Shown here one piece after another: positions 22,746 to 33,759 of a stretch of DNA of 64,000 nt. Made by a program: the position numbers and the translations under genes. The DNA comes from Gammaproteobacteria bacterium. Its GTDB lineage: Bacteria; Pseudomonadota; Gammaproteobacteria; GCA-001735895. Within the stretch, counting starts at the first letter, position 1; every line of letters starts with the position of its first letter. Below the pieces are notes generated by a model. It searched no databases. It was not told the origin of the DNA and saw nothing but the letters and a program-made list of their open reading frames with translations. Location: contig JAJDOF010000124.1 in assembly GCA_022340305.1 (NCBI GenBank), positions 6,396 to 70,395 on the forward strand, in the 5' to 3' direction.

Positions 22746-23402
22746 TTGAGCCACCACCCCTACCTCAAGCTCACAGTGATCGGGTTGTTGATCCTGGTCG
22801 GTGTTAGCCTGGAGCTGTCCGGACTCCTCGATGTGCGTGAGTTGGTCGCCATTGCCCGTGAATACAGCCAGCACTGGTGGTTAATTATCGTATTGATTCT
22901 GTTACAGGCGTTATTGTTCAGTTTTGCCCTGGCGGGCTCGTTGTTTCTGTGGATAGCGGCTCCACTTTACCCGCCGTCGATGACTACTTTTATTCTGGCG
23001 ATCGGGGGTACGCTTGGAGGATTGGGGGCATACCTGTTATCCCGATATCTGAGCCTGGAGTGGCGACAGAAAATCGAAAACACGCACGGTTATCGATTGT
23101 TGCAGTCACAGGATAATTTTTACACGCTGTTTGCGCTACGCGTTTTTCCCGCCTTTCCACACGCGATTATAAATTACAGTGCTGGCTTGCTGGGTGCCAG
23201 GCTGAGTCATTTTATTATCGCGGCGTTGCTGGGTATTAGCATCAAATCTTATCTTTATGCCGGGGTGATCCACAGCGCGAGCAACGAGCTGTCCGTTGAT
23301 TTACTGCTCGACTTCGGCGTCATCGGCCCACTGATCCTGCTGTCGCTGGTGAGTGCGCTGGCCGTGTACTTGAATTATCGCCTGGCTAATCAGCATACCT
23401 GA
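22746..23402 (+). CDS. DedA/VTT (TVP38-like) membrane protein
   Basis: GGTLGGLGAYLLSR, FALRVFPAFPHAIINYSAG. Confidence 0.8.
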   Translation: MSHHPYLKLTVIGLLILVGVSLELSGLLDVRELVAIAREYSQHWWLIIVLILLQALLFSFALAGSLFLWIAAPLYPPSMTTFILAIGGTLGGLGAYLLSRYLSLEWRQKIENTHGYRLLQSQDNFYTLFALRVFPAFPHAIINYSAGLLGARLSHFIIAALLGISIKSYLYAGVIHSASNELSVDLLLDFGVIGPLILLSLVSALAVYLNYRLANQHT

Positions 23403-23431
23403 TACTGAACCGCCCGGGCGCAACAGGCAGG

Positions 23432-24100
23432 TTAATCTAAAATATCGGCGCCAAAAAAGAAAACTGCCAGTGGCACTGGCGCAACCGCCAGGGCGATTGT
23501 TAGCAGGTAAGCGCTCACCGAGTAGAGACGGCTGACTCCAGCGAACAGGGCTATACCTCCACCGCCACCGATCAGGTAATTGCCGGGTATGTTAAGCGCG
23601 ACCGCCAGCGCCAGGTAGCGGTATCGCAGCAGCAGGGGGATGAATCGCTTTGGCGCTCGATCGACCAGCAGGGCAAGTCGTTGCTGCTTGCTCATCGGCT
23701 CGATTTCCCTGAGCAGACGGCTGGTGCGCTCCAGCTTGATGTCCCTGCTGAAATTGGCCAGTACCGACAGTGGCAGCAGGCGCCCAAGTACAAACGCGAT
23801 GCAAAGACCGCTGACAGTACACAGATAAACCAGTAATGCGATAGGCGGGCCGAGCATGGCCATCAGCCCGATTCCGATTTCAGCACCGGGTACGAACGGG
23901 ACAGCCAGCAGGATGGTATAAAGTGTAGCCGAAATCATGATGGCGCGGTTTACAGCGTCTTCATTGCCGGGCCGCACTGTAAAGTTGAGCGTTTCCATGA
24001 AGTGGCGCGCAACCAGGTTGGCAGCAACCAGCACAATGATTAAACCTACCAGTCGTACGATGGCGCCCCAGCGTATGTTGGGTGGCTGGTTAGCGGGCAT
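23432..24100 (-). CDS. Divergent DedA/VTT-like membrane protein
   Basis: LLAVPFVPGAEIG, IAFVLGR, LNIPGNYLIGGGGGI. Confidence 0.6.
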   Translation of the reverse strand: MPANQPPNIRWGAIVRLVGLIIVLVAANLVARHFMETLNFTVRPGNEDAVNRAIMISATLYTILLAVPFVPGAEIGIGLMAMLGPPIALLVYLCTVSGLCIAFVLGRLLPLSVLANFSRDIKLERTSRLLREIEPMSKQQRLALLVDRAPKRFIPLLLRYRYLALAVALNIPGNYLIGGGGGIALFAGVSRLYSVSAYLLTIALAVAPVPLAVFFFGADILD

Positions 24101-24101
24101 G

Positions 24102-24569
24102 TTAATCTGGGCTGGCCGTGGCTGGAGACTCCGTTTGCAGACTGCCTTCGAACTTGAAAGTGTTTTCGACAGTCCAGTACCAGCGCTTGTCGACCCAGGT
24201 GGATTTACCCGTTAATTTGTCACCCTCGATAGTGCCTCGCCAGACCATAGTTGCATCCTTGTAGGGACATTTGGTTTCGCTGCTAAACTCGGTCTTGTCG
24301 CCGTTGTGGCGTGCGCAGTAGGGACGTGCGGGGTACTGGCAACGAAGTTCACATTCCCTGGAAACAAAATTGCCGTTTTCGAAGACAAACAGACCGGGAA
24401 TGTCTTTCGGTTTGCCGTCTGGACCGAGTGCACCGCGGAAGCTCAGGCCGTCGAGCGGCCCCGCTACCGTTGTGGACGCAGCATCGTGGCCAGCGGCCAG
24501 CAAGGTACCGCTCGTCCAGCAGGGCAACGAAAAAAAACAGGAAATGAAAAGTAATCGGTAGCGGGGCAC
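24102..24569 (-). CDS. Hypothetical exported protein
   Basis: Signal-peptide-like N terminus from GTG 24569; Trp/Cys-containing beta-rich C-terminal half. Confidence 0.6.
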   Translation of the reverse strand: MPRYRLLFISCFFSLPCWTSGTLLAAGHDAASTTVAGPLDGLSFRGALGPDGKPKDIPGLFVFENGNFVSRECELRCQYPARPYCARHNGDKTEFSSETKCPYKDATMVWRGTIEGDKLTGKSTWVDKRWYWTVENTFKFEGSLQTESPATASPD

Positions 24570-24725
24570 GGCTATTCTCAATGCAATAATAAACTGCGGC
24601 CTCAGGATTCGAAAATGGCACTTTCGATTCCATACACGACATTTACAGCAGCGACAATAGCGCCAGTTGACGAAAAGATCAAAACCTCGGCCTTTTCCCT
24701 GGCCCATGCGGACGGGTAGAGAATT

Positions 24726-25304
24726 TTATTGTTTAAACCAGTTTCTGTGCAGTGCCTCGATTACCTTGTTAGGGTAAATCGTACGACCGAGACTGCCATT
24801 ATAGCGTGCCAGTGCACGCCCGAGGTCGTTGGGCTCCATGTCCATGTAATAACGCAATATGGTGCAACCCATGCGTAGATTGGTACGAATCTTGAACAAA
24901 TTCTTATCCGATATGCCGATTTCATCCAGCCAGAAAGGCATCACCTGCATCAGGCCGCGCGCGCCTGCCACCGAGATAGCAAACTCATCGAAGCGGCTTT
25001 CAACCTCGATCAGGGCCAGCACCAGTTCAGGTTCAATATCGGCGCGCGTCGCTTCGTAGTGAACCTGTTTGAGCATTTCGATCCGTGTCTTCGGGTCCAC
25101 CACAAATTTTTCCAGTCGTCGTGACATGTCGAGCAGCCAGACCTGTGCATCGAAGCGGTCGTCGAACCCTGATTCGGTTTCGATCGCATCCTTTAACAGG
25201 CGCCTGAGTTCGGGATCGGTGCTGGCCTGCGTTGTGGGTGGCACCGCGAGGGTCAGCAGGATCAGGCCTGCGAGTGGAGCTTTTGTCAGTGGGAAGAGTC
25301 GCAT
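24726..25304 (-). CDS. Lytic transglycosylase (SLT domain)
   Basis: [28 protein letters not shown]; downstream of proS. Confidence 0.93.
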   Translation of the reverse strand: MRLFPLTKAPLAGLILLTLAVPPTTQASTDPELRRLLKDAIETESGFDDRFDAQVWLLDMSRRLEKFVVDPKTRIEMLKQVHYEATRADIEPELVLALIEVESRFDEFAISVAGARGLMQVMPFWLDEIGISDKNLFKIRTNLRMGCTILRYYMDMEPNDLGRALARYNGSLGRTIYPNKVIEALHRNWFKQ

Positions 25305-27013
25305 GGCTCGGAACCCAGCCTGGCAAGCAGAGCGGTTAATTCGGCCAGCGGCAGTTCCTGTGCGTCCTGATCGCGTCTGCCCTTATATTCGAATTGCTGT
25401 TCGCCGAGGCCGCGGTCACTCAACACTATGCGATGCGGTATGCCGATCAGATCCATGTCGGAAAACATCACCCCGGGGCGCAGTGCACGATCATCGAGCA
25501 GTACGCTGAGCCCTTGTGTTACGCATTGCTGATATAGATTCTCGGCGGCTGCTTTGACCGATTCCGACTTGTGGTAATTAATCGGGCAAATGACGAGCAT
25601 AAACGGCGCCAGCGCTGCCGGCCAGATGATGCCACGCTCATCGTGGTTCTGTTCGATTGCTGCCGCGACCACGCGCGTCACCCCGATACCGTAACAGCCC
25701 ATGTATGGCGCTACCGTCTTGCCCTGAACGTCGAGGACCTTCGACTGCATCGACTCGGAATACTTCTGGCCAAGCTGGAAGATATGGCCGACTTCGATAC
25801 CACGTAATATACGCAGTTGTCCGTTGCCGTCCGGACTCGGATCGCCATCGACGACGTTGCGCAGGTCAGCTACCGCCGGCTCCTCGCAATCCCGACCCCA
25901 GTTGACGTTCTGCAAATGCTTGTCGTCCTGATTCGCACCACAGACGAAATCGCTCAGAAGCGCAGCGCTGTGATCGACATAGCTTTTGATACCGAGCCCC
26001 ACGGGCCCGATTGAACCGACATCGTTACCGAGAATCTGTTTGATCCTGTCGCGCTGCGCCATGCGTAACGGGCTTGTGACACCCTCCAGGCGTTCGGCCT
26101 TGAGGGTATTCAGTTCGTGATCACCACGCAGGATCAGTGCGATCAGGGTATCTTCCTCGGCCTCGACGATCAGTGTCTTAAGGCACTGTTGTGGCGCCAC
26201 TTTGAGCCCCCTGGCCAGCGCATCTATGCTGTGCATGCCTGGCGTGTCCACGGCCTGCATCGACTTCGTGGGAGCCGCGCGCTCGATCTCGGGAGGCAGC
26301 GCTGCGACGGTTTCGATATTGGCGGCGAAGTCACCCTCGCTGGCAAACGCGATAGCATCTTCTCCGGAATCTGCGAGTACGTGGAATTCCTGTGATGTAC
26401 TTCCACCGATGGCACCGGAATCGGCGTTTACCGCGCGATAGTCAAGCCCGAAGCGATCGAAAATGGCAATGTAAGCCTGGTCCATGATGTCGTAGGAGGC
26501 TTGCATACCATCCTTGTCGATATCGAATGAATAAGCGTCCTTCATGATAAATTCCCGTGAGCGCATCACCCCAAAGCGTGGCCTTATCTCATCGCGAAAC
26601 TTGGTCTGGATCTGGTAGAAATTCAGTGGCAGCTGACGATAGCTGTTGACCTCGCGACGAAAGATGTCGGTGACGATTTCTTCGTGTGTCGGACCGATGC
26701 AAGCCTCGCGATTATGGCGATCGGTGAGGCGCAGTAGCTCCGGTCCAAAATGATCCCAGCGGCCCGATTCCTGCCATAATTCGGCTGGCTGAAATGACGG
26801 CATGAGTAATTCCAGCGCGCCCGCACGATCCATTTCTTCGCGGATGATTTGCTCAACTTTGCGCAGCACGCGCAGCCCAAGCGGTAGCCAGCTGTAGATG
26901 CCCGCGGCGTGTCGACGAATCATGCCGCTGCGCAACATCAATTGGTGGCTGACAATCTCGGCGTCGACCGGGTTTTCCTTCAGTGTGGCCAGGTGGTAGC
27001 GGGAAGCTCTCAT
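25286..27013 (-). CDS. proS: Proline--tRNA ligase
   Basis: [36 protein letters not shown]; start moved to ATG 27013. Confidence 0.98.
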   Translation of the reverse strand: MRASRYHLATLKENPVDAEIVSHQLMLRSGMIRRHAAGIYSWLPLGLRVLRKVEQIIREEMDRAGALELLMPSFQPAELWQESGRWDHFGPELLRLTDRHNREACIGPTHEEIVTDIFRREVNSYRQLPLNFYQIQTKFRDEIRPRFGVMRSREFIMKDAYSFDIDKDGMQASYDIMDQAYIAIFDRFGLDYRAVNADSGAIGGSTSQEFHVLADSGEDAIAFASEGDFAANIETVAALPPEIERAAPTKSMQAVDTPGMHSIDALARGLKVAPQQCLKTLIVEAEEDTLIALILRGDHELNTLKAERLEGVTSPLRMAQRDRIKQILGNDVGSIGPVGLGIKSYVDHSAALLSDFVCGANQDDKHLQNVNWGRDCEEPAVADLRNVVDGDPSPDGNGQLRILRGIEVGHIFQLGQKYSESMQSKVLDVQGKTVAPYMGCYGIGVTRVVAAAIEQNHDERGIIWPAALAPFMLVICPINYHKSESVKAAAENLYQQCVTQGLSVLLDDRALRPGVMFSDMDLIGIPHRIVLSDRGLGEQQFEYKGRRDQDAQELPLAELTALLARLGSEPCDSSH

Positions 27014-27161
27014 AGGATTCGATTCGCGACGATATCGCGTCAGGTTAGTATGCGGGGCATTATAGATGAACCACTGTTCAATGCCATGCCGGCATTGCCT
27101 GGTCGGCAACAGGCTAGTGGGTCAACTGCCCCGTAGCTTCGCGTCGACAAGCGCAGCCGGG

Positions 27162-27584
27162 TTAGTTACAGAATTGATCGACTTCGGCCTGGGAATCGGC
27201 CCTGCGCTGCTCAATTTCCTCTTTGCTGAGGTAGCGAACGCTGCCGTCCGCCTGTCTTAGCTTGATGCGACTGCTGGTGCTGATGACTTCCAGATCCTGG
27301 CGAGCGAGTTTGCAGATTTCGCTGGCCTCATCGACTGGTAGCTTTGGCTCATTGCCCGCCGCCGCCTGGTTGGCGGCTTCGGGGGAAGTCAGCCGGGGCA
27401 GGGCTTTGCCGGGATTGCTGGGTGCGGACTGTACGCGGATATTTTCACTCTTGGTCTTAGCCGGAGGTGCATCGCTGTAATGGACGCTGCCATTCTCATC
27501 AACCCACTTGTGAATCGTGCCCGCGGATAGCGATGACGAAACCACCAGTATCAGGCCCAATATAGGGTATATCGAATAGCGCAT
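27162..27584 (-). CDS. DUF4124-domain exported protein
   Basis: Signal peptide, IHKWVDENGSVHYSDAPP. Confidence 0.88.
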   Translation of the reverse strand: MRYSIYPILGLILVVSSSLSAGTIHKWVDENGSVHYSDAPPAKTKSENIRVQSAPSNPGKALPRLTSPEAANQAAAGNEPKLPVDEASEICKLARQDLEVISTSSRIKLRQADGSVRYLSKEEIEQRRADSQAEVDQFCN

Positions 27585-27790
27585 TGTTTTCCCTGCTTTG
27601 GACGATAATTTTACAGTTTACGAGTCCAAAGAATAGTTGTCATCCCAATATTTTCCATATTTATTTATTCATACCCGCTGTCTTGGCAAAAGGGCCAGCA
27701 GAGTATCTCATCAAACAAATTTATCTCGTCTGTCGAATTGCATAAAAATATTATATAATCAGCGCCCGTTACTATGGGTGTGCGCACACG

Positions 27791-28693
27791 ATGAGTGATC
27801 GCCGTCTCAAGGTCTTCCATGCCGTTGCCCGACTGCTTAGCTTCACTAAAGCGGCTGAGGAACTGCACATGACCCAGCCAGCGGTAACCTTTCAGGTCCG
27901 CCAGCTCGAAGAATACTTCAACACGCGATTGTTCGATCGTACTCATAACAAGGTTAATTTGACTCCGGCAGGGGAGCGTGTCGCCGAGTTTGCCGAGCGC
28001 ATATTTGACCTTTATACGGAAATGGAAAACCGCGTGCGTGACCTGACGGGTGAGATCTCCGGTGCGTTGACTATCGGCGCCAGTACCACCATCGCCGAAT
28101 ACATGCTGCCGGCGCTGCTAGGTGAGTTTAAAAACCGCTATCCCGATATCAATCTGCGCCTCAAGGTTTCGAATTCCGAAGGTATCGTGTCAATGGTTGA
28201 GCACAACGTCATCGATCTCGGTGTGGTCGAGTCTCCGGTCAACAACAAGAATCTGATCGTTGAAGTTTGCCATAACGACCAGCTCGTGGTGGTGGCTGCG
28301 CCGGATCACGAATTGGTCAAGCGCGGCGGCAAAGTCAGTGCCAGCGATATCGTACGTTATCCTTTTGTCAGTCGTGAAGAGGGCTCGGGTACGCGCGATG
28401 TGATCATGCACTACCTGATGGAGCAAAAAGTCACCCCGTCCGACATGAACTTCAGCCTCGAACTGGGTAGCCCCGAGGCGATCAAGGGCGCGGTTGAAGC
28501 CGGCATGGGAATTACCATTCTGTCGCGCGCCATTATTGGCAAGGAGTTGAAATTAAACATGTTGGCGGAACTGGAGCTCGACCCGCCGCTGAGCCGATCG
28601 TTCTCGTTCGTGCGTCAGCGACAAAAGTTCAGGGTAACGGTAATGGAAAAATTACTTGAATTTGCACAATCCTATTTTAAAAATAATGCCTAG
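27791..28693 (+). CDS. LysR-family transcriptional regulator (CysL-like)
   Basis: SFTKAAEELHMTQPAVTFQVRQLE HTH; IGASTTIAEY, REEGSGTR. Confidence 0.93.
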   Translation: MSDRRLKVFHAVARLLSFTKAAEELHMTQPAVTFQVRQLEEYFNTRLFDRTHNKVNLTPAGERVAEFAERIFDLYTEMENRVRDLTGEISGALTIGASTTIAEYMLPALLGEFKNRYPDINLRLKVSNSEGIVSMVEHNVIDLGVVESPVNNKNLIVEVCHNDQLVVVAAPDHELVKRGGKVSASDIVRYPFVSREEGSGTRDVIMHYLMEQKVTPSDMNFSLELGSPEAIKGAVEAGMGITILSRAIIGKELKLNMLAELELDPPLSRSFSFVRQRQKFRVTVMEKLLEFAQSYFKNNA

Positions 28694-28728
28694 AGTATTT
28701 TTTCGTCCCGTGAACGAATCCGCGCATC

Positions 28729-29802
28729 ATGCTTGATATTCTACAACAATGGTATCGCCGTCATTTCACCGATCCGCAGACGGTGATTTTCACCTTTATT
28801 CTGCTCGTCGGCGCGTTGCTGATTTTCGTATTGAATGCCCACCTGATGCCCATCCTGGTAGCCATTATTATTGCCTACCTGGCAGAAGGCATGGTGGTCT
28901 GGTTACACCGTATCAATCTTGGTCGTACGGTGTCCGCAAGTGTCGTCACAGCCCTGATGATTACCACGATTCTGCTGGTTTTTTTCGTATTGTTGCCGCT
29001 GTTGTCGAGGCAAATCAGCGATCTTTTCCGGGAAATGCCAATAATGCTCGCCAAGGGTCAACGACTATTGCTGCACTTGCCAGAAGAATATCCCGATTAT
29101 GTCTCGGCGCAGCAGATCGAGGAGATCCTGACCCTCGTGCGTACCGAACTGGCGTCTCTGGGTCAACGCGTGGTGAGTCTGTCGCTATCCTCGGTGGTCG
29201 GTGTCATCACTTTCCTGGTCTACATGATCCTGTTACCGCTGATGGTGTTTTTCTTCCTCAAGGATAAGGAGATGATTCTTGGCTGGCTTGCCAACTTCCT
29301 GCCTGAAGAACGCCGTCTGTTGCGCACCGTGTGGGCCGAGCTCGATATAAAAATTGCCAGCTACGTGCGCGGCAAAGTCATTGAAGTGCTGATTATCTGG
29401 GTGGCGAGTTACATTGCGTTCGTATTGATGGGGCTTAACTTTGCGATGCTGTTGAGCCTGGCGGTTGGTCTTTCGGTAATTATTCCCTATGTTGGCGCGA
29501 CAGTCGTTACAATACCGGTTGCACTTATTGCATTCTTTCAATGGGGGTTTACCTCCGAGTTTGGCTGGTTGATGGCGATCTATGGACTGATCCAGTTTCT
29601 CGACGGAAACCTGCTGGTGCCGTTGCTTTTTTCGGAGGTGGTTAATCTGCATCCGGTCGCGATTATTGTCGCCGTGGTTTTCTTTGGTAGCCTGTGGGGT
29701 GTGTGGGGTGTGTTTTTCGCGATTCCCCTGGCAACCCTGGTCCAGGCCATACTCAAGGCCTGGCCGGCAGCCGCAATTGCACGCGAGGCGGCGGGCGATT
29801 AA
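28729..29802 (+). CDS. AI-2E family transporter (PerM-like)
   Basis: Polytopic membrane protein; YVRGK, IPYVGA, QFLDGNLLVP, LHPVAII. Confidence 0.92.
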   Translation: MLDILQQWYRRHFTDPQTVIFTFILLVGALLIFVLNAHLMPILVAIIIAYLAEGMVVWLHRINLGRTVSASVVTALMITTILLVFFVLLPLLSRQISDLFREMPIMLAKGQRLLLHLPEEYPDYVSAQQIEEILTLVRTELASLGQRVVSLSLSSVVGVITFLVYMILLPLMVFFFLKDKEMILGWLANFLPEERRLLRTVWAELDIKIASYVRGKVIEVLIIWVASYIAFVLMGLNFAMLLSLAVGLSVIIPYVGATVVTIPVALIAFFQWGFTSEFGWLMAIYGLIQFLDGNLLVPLLFSEVVNLHPVAIIVAVVFFGSLWGVWGVFFAIPLATLVQAILKAWPAAAIAREAAGD

Positions 29803-30031
29803 GATTCGATCTTTTCCCTGATCGGGCTGGTCACCCGATCCGGCAGCCCTCAACAGGACCAGGCAGTTAGCGATTAATTACCCGGCAGTGTGATCCCTGG
29901 CAGCGCGCGCGGCGCCAGGATGCAGCATTCGTTGACAGAAGATGCCGGCAGGCACAGGAATCACTTCAAAAGGGGTGGTTTTCTTTATAACATACGCCCC
30001 TTGATTAGCCATGGGCAGGCAGAGGTAAACC

Positions 30032-30907
30032 ATGTTTAAAGGCAGTATCGTGGCGTTGGTGACTCCAATGCTGAGCAATGGTGACGTCGATTTTTCGCAA
30101 CTCGAGGCATTGATCGATTTCCATGTCGACCAGGGCACACAAGCGCTGGTGATTGCCGGGACCACCGGGGAGTCCGCGACCTTAAGCCACGCCGAACATT
30201 GCGACTTGCTGAATAAAAGCTACGAGATGATCAAGCGACGTCTGCCAATGATTGCCGGCACCGGGGCCAATTCGACGGCGGAAGCCATCGAACTGACCCG
30301 CTGCGCGGGTAAATGTGGCGCCGAGGCGGCGTTGCTGGTTACGCCTTATTACAACAAGCCCACCCAACGAGGGTTGTTTTTACACCACCAGGCGATCGCT
30401 GCAGCGGTTGATATTCCACAGCTATTATATAATGTGCCCGGGCGTACCGCCTGTGATATGCAGGCTGATACCGTAGCCGAGCTGGCGAAGCTGCCTAACA
30501 TCGTTGGCATTAAGGAAGCCACCGGCAGTATGGACAGGCTCGCCGATATCAAGCGGCAGGTGGGCAAAGATTTTGCGCTACTAACCGGCGATGATTCGAC
30601 CACCTGCGAATTCATTCTGAATGGTGGCCACGGTGCGATATCGGTAACTGCTAACGTCGTTCCGGCGAAAATGGCGCGGATGTGCGAACTCGCGCTTCAG
30701 GGCAAAGCCGCTGAGGCGCGCGCCGCCGATGCTGAAATTGCCGAGCTGCACCGCCTGTTATTTATCGAGTCCAATCCGATTCCAGTCAAATGGGCTGTTT
30801 CGCAAATGGGTTACGGTGATTTGCATCTGCGTCTGCCGATGACAGTGCTCGACGAAAAATACCAGCAACCCCTGAAGCAAGCATTGCTTGCCTGTGGTGC
30901 TCTGTGA
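30032..30907 (+). CDS. dapA: 4-hydroxy-tetrahydrodipicolinate synthase
   Basis: GTTGES, VTPYYNKP, YNVPGRT, GIKEA, ESNPIPVK. Confidence 0.98.
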   Translation: MFKGSIVALVTPMLSNGDVDFSQLEALIDFHVDQGTQALVIAGTTGESATLSHAEHCDLLNKSYEMIKRRLPMIAGTGANSTAEAIELTRCAGKCGAEAALLVTPYYNKPTQRGLFLHHQAIAAAVDIPQLLYNVPGRTACDMQADTVAELAKLPNIVGIKEATGSMDRLADIKRQVGKDFALLTGDDSTTCEFILNGGHGAISVTANVVPAKMARMCELALQGKAAEARAADAEIAELHRLLFIESNPIPVKWAVSQMGYGDLHLRLPMTVLDEKYQQPLKQALLACGAL

Positions 30908-32004
30908 GGCATCTGCGTTTCACGCCACTGCTGATCATCATCCTGGCGCTGATCGCCTGCGAAGGATCCAATACCGGCCAGCGCTATCTCGATGTGTCTT
31001 TGGGGAAGTCCCTGGAGGTGCCACCTGACCTGGTTGAGTTCGACGCCGAATCCGTCTTTGATCTGCCTGAGGGTTTTTCAGGTGACGATCAAACAGTACG
31101 TGGCAAAATACCGGTACTGGCTAAAGTCGACACGCTGCAATTACAGGGTAGCGGTGATTTTTACTGGCTCAGTGTCGAAGAGCCGGTGGCAAATCTGTAC
31201 CAGCAGGTCAAGAATTTCTGGGCCCTCGAGGGTTACGGGCTGGTCGTCGATGAGCCGGTCATCGGTATTCTGCAGACCGAGTGGGTATACACGGAAGAGG
31301 GTGGTCGAAAGAAAAACCAGTCGTGGTGGCAAAGTCTCCTGGGCAGCGGAAATTATTCCGCCAGCCAGGACCAGTTCACAACGCGCATCGAGCGCGATCC
31401 AACGGGTCGGGCCAGCAATCGTATCTATATCGCTCATCGCGGTACTGAAATCGTGCAGGAAATACGTGCTGGAAATCAGAAAGAGGACGATATCGGCACC
31501 AACGACTGGCATTTTCGTCGTAGCGAACCCGAGCTTGAAATCGAGATGTTGTCGCGGCTGATGATTTTTCTCGGCCTGCAGAATACAGAGGTCGACAAGC
31601 AGTTGTTACAGACCCGACTGTTCAAACCGCGTGCCGTGCTGGAGTTTGATGCCGATGAAAAGGCAACTTTTCTGATACTCCAGGATCCCTACCATATTGC
31701 CTGGAATCGCGTTCATCACCTGCTGCAGCGTATGAACTTCGAAATTGTGGTCGCGGAATTCAAGGGCCCGCTGTCTGGAAGAGGCGTCATCACTGTTAAT
31801 GCCGAGATCGTGGAAACCGTTGAAAACAAAGGGTTCTTTGCTTTCGGTGATTCGGATAAGCGTAAAGTGCGAAAATTCGAGCTGATCCTGTCTGAGGAGA
31901 CCAACCAATCGACCCGCGTGATCCTGAGGAATCCGAAGGGCGAACTGGATACCTCGCCCGAAGGCGAGGAGTTTCTGTCGCTGTTGTTCGAGCAGATTAA
32001 ATAA
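30904..32004 (+). CDS. bamC: Outer membrane protein assembly lipoprotein BamC (NlpB)
   Basis: Lipobox LIAC, LEVPPDL, GILQTEW; overlaps dapA stop. Confidence 0.8.
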   Translation: MRHLRFTPLLIIILALIACEGSNTGQRYLDVSLGKSLEVPPDLVEFDAESVFDLPEGFSGDDQTVRGKIPVLAKVDTLQLQGSGDFYWLSVEEPVANLYQQVKNFWALEGYGLVVDEPVIGILQTEWVYTEEGGRKKNQSWWQSLLGSGNYSASQDQFTTRIERDPTGRASNRIYIAHRGTEIVQEIRAGNQKEDDIGTNDWHFRRSEPELEIEMLSRLMIFLGLQNTEVDKQLLQTRLFKPRAVLEFDADEKATFLILQDPYHIAWNRVHHLLQRMNFEIVVAEFKGPLSGRGVITVNAEIVETVENKGFFAFGDSDKRKVRKFELILSEETNQSTRVILRNPKGELDTSPEGEEFLSLLFEQIK

Positions 32005-32009
32005 GCGAG

Positions 32010-32765
32010 ATGCGTATCGCATCACTCGGCAGTGGCAGCAAGGGTAACGCGACGCTGGTTCAGCACGGCGAGACCACGCTGCTGGTAGACAACGGCTTTT
32101 CACTGCGAAAATTTACCCAGCGATTGGAACGATTCGAAATCGATCCGGGCACCATCGACGCAGTGCTGCTTACCCATGAGCATGGCGACCACAGTGGCGG
32201 TGTCGAGCGCCTTTGTGCGACTCACTCGATTCCACTGTGGACTGCCGTAGGTACGGCGCGCGCGGTACTCTCCGCGCAATTTGAGTATCACCGGCTGGTC
32301 GCTGGTCAGCGCATTACCATCGGCGATATCGAAGTGCTACCGGTTACCGTGCCGCATGATTCAAATGAACCCCTGCAATTCATTTTCCATCAGCTCGACA
32401 ACGGCAAACGCCTCGGCATTTTGACCGATACCGGCCACATAACCCGGCACATCGTCGACGCCTTCAGCTGCCTGGATGCGTTGCTGCTGGAGTTCAATTA
32501 CGATGTGGACATGCTGGAAAGAGGACCCTATCCTGACCGGCTCAAGCAGCGAGTTGGCGGTAGCCATGGTCACTTATCGAACGAGCAATCGATGGACCTG
32601 TTGCGTCGCATCGACACCAGCAGCCTGAACTGTTTGATTGCGGCGCACATTTCCGAGAAAAACAATACTGCGGATATCGTCGATCGACTGATTCGCGAGC
32701 TGGGCTCGGTGCCGGCCCCGGTTCTGGCTGACCAGGAAGCCGGCTTCGACTGGATTGCGATCTAA
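32010..32765 (+). CDS. MBL-fold metallohydrolase (YycJ/WalJ-like)
   Basis: SLGSGSKGNA, THEHGDH, VPHD, TDTG, GHLSNEQ. Confidence 0.93.
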   Translation: MRIASLGSGSKGNATLVQHGETTLLVDNGFSLRKFTQRLERFEIDPGTIDAVLLTHEHGDHSGGVERLCATHSIPLWTAVGTARAVLSAQFEYHRLVAGQRITIGDIEVLPVTVPHDSNEPLQFIFHQLDNGKRLGILTDTGHITRHIVDAFSCLDALLLEFNYDVDMLERGPYPDRLKQRVGGSHGHLSNEQSMDLLRRIDTSSLNCLIAAHISEKNNTADIVDRLIRELGSVPAPVLADQEAGFDWIAI

Positions 32766-32812
32766 CGTTACTCGCCCCCCGGGCGCTGTGGCTACAAAGC
32801 CGCGCAGCGCCG

Positions 32813-33628
32813 TCAGTCGGTGTCTTTGTCGAACTCGATCAAGGCATAAGCCGAGTGGTTGTGGATCGATTCGAAATTTTCGGACTCGAGGGTATATTGA
32901 CGTATGCGGTCATCCTTGTTGAGCTCGCCCGCGATATCTCGCACCATGTCTTCAACGAATTTCGGATTGTCATAGGCGCGTTCCGTCACGTATTTCTCAT
33001 CGGGTCGCTTGAGTAGCCCGTAGAGTTCGCATGACGCCTGCTTCTCGACAACGTCGATGATTTCTTCGATCCAGATGAAGCCACTGGTGCGTGCGTCTAC
33101 GGTTACATGCGATCGTTGATTGTGCGCGCCATAGTCGGAAATGGACTTTGAACAGGGGCACAGGCTGGTGACTGGTATCTGCACCTTGATGCGGATGTTG
33201 CTGACACCGTCATTGATTTCGCCGATCAAAGATACTTCGTAGTCAAGTAGCGATTCGACGCCGGATACGGGTGCTTTCTTGTTAACGAAATAAGGAAAGT
33301 GCATTTCGATATAACCGGATTCGGCTTCGAGCAACACGGCCATTTGCTGCAGCATTTCGTTGAACGAGTGATAGGAAATTTCCTTTTCGTTGTCGTTCAG
33401 TATCTTCACAAAGCGCGACATGTGTGTGCCTTTGAACTGGTGCGGCAGGAATACGAACAGGCTGCAGGTAGCGATGGTATGCTGCTGGCCATTGGAGCGA
33501 TCCTTGACGATCACCGGGTGTCGAATATCCTTGATGCCGACCTTGTTGATGGCTAGCTTGCGGGTATCGGCTGCACCCTGGACATCCGGTATGGTCGAAG
33601 CCGTGTTGCGGGCTGGTTCTCCGTTCAT
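32813..33628 (-). CDS. folE2: GTP cyclohydrolase IB (FolE2)
   Basis: [44 protein letters not shown]. Confidence 0.97.
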   Translation of the reverse strand: MNGEPARNTASTIPDVQGAADTRKLAINKVGIKDIRHPVIVKDRSNGQQHTIATCSLFVFLPHQFKGTHMSRFVKILNDNEKEISYHSFNEMLQQMAVLLEAESGYIEMHFPYFVNKKAPVSGVESLLDYEVSLIGEINDGVSNIRIKVQIPVTSLCPCSKSISDYGAHNQRSHVTVDARTSGFIWIEEIIDVVEKQASCELYGLLKRPDEKYVTERAYDNPKFVEDMVRDIAGELNKDDRIRQYTLESENFESIHNHSAYALIEFDKDTD

Positions 33629-33731
33629 TATTTAGTCCTGTTACAAACGCTGGTCGTGCAGCGAGCTGTCAATCGTGAGAAAAATAAGCCAGGCAATCTT
33701 CCTGACCAATAACCGAGTAAAATGGTCGGTT

Positions 33732-33759
33732 ATTATACTGTGCAGGTTCATTTAGGCAA
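33732..33759 (-). promoter_or_regulatory. Putative sigma70 promoter for folE2
   Basis: TTGCCT-N16-TATAAT on minus strand. Confidence 0.55.

Noticed and set aside
24609-24627. Palindrome TCGAAA-N7-TTTCGA upstream of the exported protein
   Set aside because: 6-bp arms are expected by chance in 64 kb.
29803-30031. Lysine riboswitch upstream of dapA
   Set aside because: No conserved L-box motifs seen.
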